This document shows positions 57,431 through 64,000 of a stretch of 64,000 nucleotides of DNA, one piece after another; positions within the stretch are counted from its first letter, which is position 1, and each line of letters opens with the position of its first letter. The translations under genes and the position numbers were made by a program. The notes beneath the pieces are model-generated. The model had not been told where the DNA came from, did no database searches, and worked only from the letters and a program-made list of their open reading frames with translations. Source of the DNA: Cyanophora paradoxa CCMP329 (lineage: Eukaryota; Plantae; Glaucophyta). The stretch covers positions 124,001-188,000 of the forward strand of contig QPMI01000503.1 in assembly GCA_004431415.1 (NCBI GenBank), written 5' to 3'.

Positions 57431-60389
57431 ATGCAACCGATCATGAAGGTCCCGCTCTTTATCGACGGGCATGCGGTTGCCTCGAAAGCACCGCACGACC
57501 GATGGATCCCTTGTGTAAATCCGGTGCGTCGACGTCTGAGATCATGATCCTTAAGCTTGTGTTGTGTTGTGTGCGTTATGCCTGAAGCCGCGTGCGTACT
57601 CATCGCAGGCTACGCAAACGACAATCGCCTTCGTGCCCGAAGCGACACCGGACGAGCTTCAACAGGCTGTCGATTCTGCCCTTGCCGCATTTCCGAAATG
57701 GGCGATGACGTCGGTGGCAAAGCGCGTCACGTTGCTTACCAAGTTGTGCGTGCTCTCCGCCATTCATCCTCATACATCTATGACTCTAGGACGCGTACGG
57801 GCATCAGGTACTCTCTGATTGAGGCTAATCGGGATGAGCTCGCCGAATCAATTACGTTGTCCATCGGAAAGAGCGCAAAGTCGTCACAAGACGAGATTGA
57901 CTTCGCGCTTCGTGCGCCGTCTTCGTGTTTTTAGATTGGAACTGCAGTGTCTTGTCTGACTGCTGCAAAGGCTTGCTGCAGGCGTCATTCTCAGCGGGAT
58001 TTGTGATCCAAGGCGAGACGGTGACAGATGTAGCTCACGACCTCGATTCCTTTTCGATCCGCGAGCCAGTTGGCATTTGCGCTGGAATAGGCAAGCGATT
58101 CTCATGCGCATGTATAGTTTGCTTTGGCGAAAGGTATAGCTAACGTCCAAGTTTCCTCCAGGCTCGTTCAACTTTCCGTTGGCAATGCCCATGCTCGAGA
58201 TGGCTCGTGCCGTGATTACTATTTTGATGCTTGGCGGCGTTAGATCACAGATAATTATAACGTTAACGTGCGCAGGCCATCGGTATTGCTTCTGGTAACT
58301 GCTTCGTGTTCAAAGTGCGCACAAAATCTGTTCAGTCGTTGTCTTTTGTTCTGATCTCTAATTAAAAATCTGCGCAAGCCTTCGGAGCTCGCCCCGCTTC
58401 CGATGGCCATCTTTGCGAGACTGTTCGCTGAGGCTGGCTTCCCGCCTGGAGTGCTCAACATCGTCCAGGGCACCCGGGTGTGCTTATGTTACTCGAGCTC
58501 GCCCCTTTATCATCGATCACCACCAGGCACGTGCACATGCACTCATTACACGCTCAGGACACTGTAAACTTCCTCTGCGACCACCGGTCTATCGCGACCA
58601 TGTCATTCATTGGCGGCACGACGGCCGGCAAGGCAATATACAACCGAGCAAGCGCAGCGGGAAAGAATGTCCAGGCCAACATGGGAGCCCAGGTTCGCTG
58701 ACGATATCAATCAAGACACGATGACCGTCCTGATATACATCATTGCAGTGCCACATCTGTATAATGCCCGATGCCGAACTCGCTGCGACGGCGGCAGCAC
58801 TTGTGCACGGCGCGTACGCTGAATGCGGCCAGAAGTGTGTGGCGCCGAAAATATTGATCCTCGTTGGCGAGCCTTCCTACTGGTCTGTGTTTATTTATCT
58901 CCGCTTAAAACACAAATGTACACACTAAAGACGCTCTGCTCGCTTTCAGGAAGACGTTCAAGGATTTGCTAGTCGAGGAGGCTTCCAAGCTTCGGTTCGG
59001 CGACCCGACCGATCCGCGAACCTTTGGGGGCTCGCTTGTGTCCAAGGCGGTCCGTCTTGAGATTCGATCTTATGTGAAAATATCTGGTAGTAACGTTCTG
59101 AGCTTTGCCCAGGCAAAGTCAGTTGTGGTCGATCTGATCAGCAAGAGCGTGGAGCAAGGTGCCAGAGTGCTCTTGGATGGCAGAAACATCAAGGTGCACT
59201 CTAATCTGCATCTTCATAAATAAGATGTGCAAATCGCATCACTCACACTCTTCAGGTTGCTGGTTTCGAAAACGGCGCCTTCGTCGGTATTTGAGTTTCC
59301 TTGCATCGATATGTTTATTGCAATTGATAGATATAACATAATGATTGACCTGTATTGTATGTATAAACTTCCAGGTCCGACGATTCTAGACTACGTGACA
59401 ACAGACATGGCATCCTATCAGAACGAAGTATTCGGACCTTGCCTCAACTTGATGTATGTTCCAACTCTGGAAGCAGCCATCCAGCTCATTAACAGGTGGG
59501 CTTTGGCGACGTGGTCACAACTTGACACTGGCTGAGCGATATATTTTGCAGCAATGCATTCGGAAACGGTGCTTCGATATTCACTCAAAACGGGTGCGAG
59601 CGCATCCTTTGACTTCTGTTTAAATAACTATGGTTTTTGCGTGCACGCTTGTTATCCTATATATTGCTAAAGGCCTTTCTTTTCTTAGCTCAATCGCCCG
59701 CAAGTTCCAACACGGTATGCATGCAAGTTTGATACTGTGAAATATCAATATTCATGTCACTTATTCCGCGCACTTCAGATATCAACGTTGGTCAAGTCGG
59801 CGTGAACGTCGCTATTCCTCTTGCAATTCCCAGTATGCCATTCAGCAGCTGCAAGGTAGGCATGCTAAAGTGCAAGTTCCAACCAACGCAATATTTATTT
59901 CACCGCCAGGACTCGTTTCGCGGCACGCTTCACATGCAAGGGAAAGAGGGTACGCAACCCCCTTAAGCTTGTTCATCCTTGGCATATTAGAATCCATATG
60001 GCTGGCTCTGCAAATGAATGTTTACTGATTACTCTCTTCTCTCAGCCTACGAGTTTTTCACCAAGCGCAAGACGGTGTTCACACGCTGGGACTCCAAGCT
60101 GGCCAAGCTCAAGCCGCTGGCCACGGAGAGCTACATGAGCTCCTCAATTAATATTGCAAGCTCCGCTAGCGCTGCATATGCACGGGCTTTCAGCACGTCC
60201 GCGGCGCCGGCTGTGCTCTCTGCAGCTGTCAAGGTTCCAGCTCCGAAGGCAGCGCTCCCAAAACCAATTGCTCTTGCACTGCGGGCCAGCTCTATATATG
60301 TAGCTAGCTCTGGAGCGCTAACTCCGGTTGCGCTGCGGGGTCTTTTTAAGCCTGCCGCCCCTCTTCTGCGAGGCTTCCTGAGGATTTAG
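57431..60389 (+). CDS. Divergent methylmalonate-semialdehyde dehydrogenase-like aldehyde dehydrogenase (ALDH6 family); multi-exon
   Basis: VPLFIDG, VNP|ATQ, REPVGICAGI|GSFNFP, K|PSE, PPGVLNIVQG, VNFLCDH, VQANMGA, GQKC, LLDGR, EVFGP, GNGASIFT, GQVGVNVAIP, SFRG, FFTKRKTVFTRW. Confidence 0.9.
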
Positions 60390-60708
60390 GTCGGCACCAG
60401 TCATGATCAACAGTTCGATTATACACTTTCAAATCAAATACAGCAGCAATCAAATACGCCATCATCTAATATCTGCAGCAATTAAATGCAATTGCAAGCT
60501 TTCACGCGGGATCGCCCCGAGGGGGGAGCTCGCGAACGACGGGGGGGGGGGGGGGGGGTGTAGACAAGGGGGTATGTTGCATCAGGAATAAGTTGATGGA
60601 AAGAAAGCTTGAGAAATACTGTTCAAATATAAGCCTAAGCTCACGATGTTGACGGGAATAGGATCAGATCCTGCACTAATTATAAAGAACGAGGCCCACC
60701 GGAAGAGC

Positions 60709-60945
60709 CCCGAGCTCTCGATGCACTTGGGCGCCCTGCGGACTGCAGGCGCGCTCTACGGAGGGCATCTGCGGGCGGATTTCTCAGAGATCGTTGCGAG
60801 AGCCGCTCGACCGCGCCGCCAGCTCACCTGGCCCAAAGAGCGAGGCCCGCTGGACCACTCCCGAGCTCTCGATGCGGCTGGGTGCCCTGCGGACTGCAGG
60901 CGCGCGCTACGGAGGGCATCTGCGGGCGGACATCTCAGAGATCGT
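60709..60945. repeat. 86-bp direct repeat pair (60709-60794, 60860-60945)
   Basis: CCCGAGCTCTCGATGC...CTCAGAGATCGT twice. Confidence 0.88.
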
Positions 60946-61068
60946 CCGACGGTCGCGAAGAAGGGCAGGCGTGCGCCTGCCTTTCGATTCTAGATCTTCC
61001 TTCCCCATGGCCAATTGCAACCTCCCGCCCTCCCCCCCGGCCCCCCCCCCCCCCCCCCCCCCCCTCCA

Positions 61069-61632
61069 GATGGAGATCGACGACGGATCCGGATCCGGAG
61101 GCGCTGGCGAGCCTCTCGTCACGGGTGCGGGAGAGCGGGGATGAGATGCTCATCCTCACCGAGTCGTACGCGTGCGCCCTCATGATCAGCTCCGGCTTCT
61201 CATGATCACGCCTCGGCCACCGGGTCCTTTTCCTTTCTCCTAGCTGTAATTATAAGAGATATCATCTCCATGCATATGGCCAGCAGCGTTCAGAGAGCTC
61301 GAGGGAGGAAGATTCTCTTCCTTCCGTAAGATCTAGAAAATTAATTCTGGTTCTGCAGGCTGTTCCACCCATAAGAAGCCCCCCCCCCCTCTTCCCCCCC
61401 CCCCTTCCCCCCCTGATTCACCAGTGCACCAGTCGCGACGCGGTGGAGGGGGTCGAGCTGCCCGCTGGCGCCGATCGCGACTCGGCAACGCCCGCTGCGG
61501 CCGGAGAGAACTTACCGTAGTATACGTAACGGGGGGCGCATCGCCATCAAGCAGGCGCGCATCTCCTCCGCGCCGAGAGCCCAGCGCTAGCACGGGGGCG
61601 CCAACCGAGCGGCGGCGCCCCGCCGCGAGTGC

Positions 61633-61672
<40 letters not shown>

Positions 61673-62830
61673 ACGGGGCCCGCATTCCTATGCATGACCA
61701 GCCACTCATCTCCCGCCAGGTGACCCTCATGGCGCACCTGGCGCGATCCCCGGGCCCGGTGCACGTCCCCGGGGATCTACCTGGCGCACCTGGCTACGTC
61801 CCCGGTGCGGGCTCGGGCCTCCCGCCGGCCGCCGGGCCCCATCGGGAGCCTTAGCTGCCCCCGCAGCCAAGCTTGCGTCCCTTCACTGCCTCGCGATCGA
61901 CCACCTCTTCACGCACCTCGCGATCGCGATCGGGTACCCCCGCCCCCCCCCCCCCCCCCCCCCGCCCCTCCCCGCCGCCCCCTCACAGCGCCGCAGAACG
62001 TGACGAAGCGGGAAGCTAAGCTGCGTGGCACCGCGCGCCACCCTCAGCGCCCTTAAGCTTGGCTCGGAGGCCTGCCCTCTCTCCCTGCCTTCCCGGCCCT
62101 TCGCCCCCCTTCATGACCTGGCCATGCCCACAGCGCGCGCGAGTTCCTGCTGAGCACGTGCGGCTACACCCTCTTCGCCACCCACTTCCAAGGTCCCCTC
62201 GCGATCGGCCCCATTCTGCTGTGATCTCCGTTGCGAATCGAACCGATATCCGATGTCACAGAATGTGCGACGGGGCAGCCCTCACGGAGCTTGCGAGGAA
62301 AACTTCCACCGCCCCTGTACCCCCCGTATTCCTTTTAGAACACGCATGGCAGACGGATGTGGGGGTGGCGATGGGCGGCCGCGGATACCTCCACTTCCAG
62401 TGCACCCTTGCGGAGGTCCGAACCCGCGCCCCGCGCCCCGCGCCCGCCCAAATTTATAATCCAACTCGCCTCGAGCTTGCAGGGGCGGAACATGGAGGGG
62501 CACTACGGGATCGCGGTGCACGTGGCGCAAACGGAGGGCGGCCGGCCTGCCCCGCCCCCTCGTCGACTGCGCCGAGCAGCTCGCCGTCCATGGGCCAGGT
62601 CCACCTGGGCAGCGTGCTCCGCTTCGAATTCGCTTTCGGGCCCGATCGCGAGGCACGCGGGGCAGAGCAGGGGTGCAGGTGCGGGGGCGCCTGGAGCGGG
62701 TGGGCCGCCTGTGCGCATGCGCCCTCGAGCTCCCCAGCCTGGCAGGCGCCCGCCCTATTTTTAGGCCGTCTGAAGCGTTTGATGGCGCGCTCTCAGGAAC
62801 ACGCGTGCGCGTGCAAACGCGCGTGCGACC
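61069..62830 (+). other. Possible spliced gene or gene remnant of unknown function
   Basis: Exon-like segments between CAG acceptors and GT/GC donors (TDVGVAMGGRGYLHFQCTLAE|GRNMEGHYGIAVHV; QVHLGSVLRFEFAFG); no family recognised. Confidence 0.3.
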
Positions 62831-62973
62831 CGTGCGTGCTTAAAAGTTCCCTCCTCCCTCACGCATGTGTTCATTTGGCAATTAATTTTGTTAGATTAAA
62901 CTGTGCAAGACAGACCATCGGAAGACTAAATGAAAGAGAATTCGAAATGCAGGCCAAAATAAAGGGGAGGGGC

Positions 62974-64000
62974 TTAGTCGGTGGTCATGACGATGCGGTA
63001 CTTGGCCTGGCCCTTGTGGCACCGCTCCATCGCCTCGTTGACCTGTCGGACGGGCGGGTCAGCGCTCGAGAAAGAAAGCCAAGCGGGTTCGACAGAGGGC
63101 AAACCTGGCTGAGCTTCATGAGCTCGATCTGGGGGCGGATGCCGTGGATCGAGACGAAGTTGAGCATGGCGCGCATCTCGCGGCGGCCGCCGACGACCGA
63201 GCCGACGATCGACTTCTGGCCGAAGATGAGCGTCATGTTGCCGACCTTGACGTCCGTGACGGGGATGCCGATGAGCACGAGCTTGCCGTCTGCGCGCGGG
63301 ACGATGCGTATGTCAGCACGCACGCGACTGCCGGGGGCACTCACGCGCGGTCGCGCACTGTTGCGGAGGAACGAGCAGAAGAGGTCGTAATCGATCGGGG
63401 CCGGGCAGGTGTTCAGGATCTGCATCTGTTCAGGATTGGAACGGGGAGGCGAGCGGGCGGGCGCACGAGGTCCTGGGTGGCCTTGGCCGCCTGGCAGTGC
63501 TCCTTGTCGGAGAAGTCAACGAAGCGGTGCGCGCCGAACCGCTTCGCGTCGGCCTCCTGGTTGGCGAACGCCGAGAAGGCGGTGACCTCGCAGCCCATGG
63601 CGTGAGCGAACTGCAGGGCAAGGTGGCTGCTCGCCCGTCAGCTCCGGTCCGCGGCCCGGCCCCGGCGCAACGCGCGGACGAACCCGAGACCGCCGACTGC
63701 AATGACGCCGACCTTCATGCCGGGTTTGGCCCACCGGTCGAGGGGCGAGTAGACGGTGTGGCCTGCGGGCGACCAAAACATTAATCGAATATTGGGGAGA
63801 TGGGAAAGAAGGAGCGCCGCGCGTCTTACCGGCGCACATGAGGGGCGCGGCGTACTCGCTCGGCAGCCTGGAGAACGGAGTCGGTTGACGGAAGAATTCG
63901 AAGACCGTCGGACGGCAACTGCAACCGTCGGGCAAGAACGCACGCGTCGGGGATCTTGAAGCAGAAGCGCTCCGAGGCGCGCATGCGCTCCTGGAAGCCA
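62974..64000 (-). CDS. Zn-dependent NADP alcohol dehydrogenase, cinnamyl-alcohol-dehydrogenase (CAD/YahK/Ahr) family; 5' part outside the window
   Basis: FKIPD, AAPLMCAG|HTVYSPL, KPGMKVGVIAVGGLG|HLALQFAHAMGCEV, GKLVLIG, KSIVGSVVGG, VNEAMER...KYRIV; stop TAA at 62974-62976. Confidence 0.93.

Overview
Intron-rich, very GC-rich eukaryotic nuclear DNA with short introns and frequent GC-AG donors. A CEP350-like gene implies a centriolate/flagellated organism; a glaucophyte-like alga is my unverified guess. Most long ORFs in the track are GC-rich shadow frames, so I rebuilt genes by splicing by eye and exon boundaries are approximate. In order: nested minisatellites; a broken F-box/LRR gene (-); CEP350/CAP350-like gene (+); a secreted WD40 + Ig-like + HYR-like protein containing a ~2.3 kb multi-exon triplication (-); SulP/SLC26-STAS transporter with a mitochondrial-type presequence (-); a non-RD TKL kinase (-) head-to-head with a DUF4062-NACHT-LRR NLR-like gene (+); two divergent BTB genes; a transposon-debris zone with a relic of the NLR gene; a full-length L1/Tx1-like LINE with a perfect 15-bp TSD (-); a divergent ALDH6/MMSDH-like gene with a presequence-like C-terminal tail (+); an unresolved gene or remnant; and the 3' part of a CAD-family alcohol dehydrogenase (-). 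The best candidate for a new system is the kinase/NLR-like divergent pair. Also notable are the LINE C-terminal extension (C2H2 finger plus two YxLR motifs) and direct evidence of a palindrome-generating insertion process.
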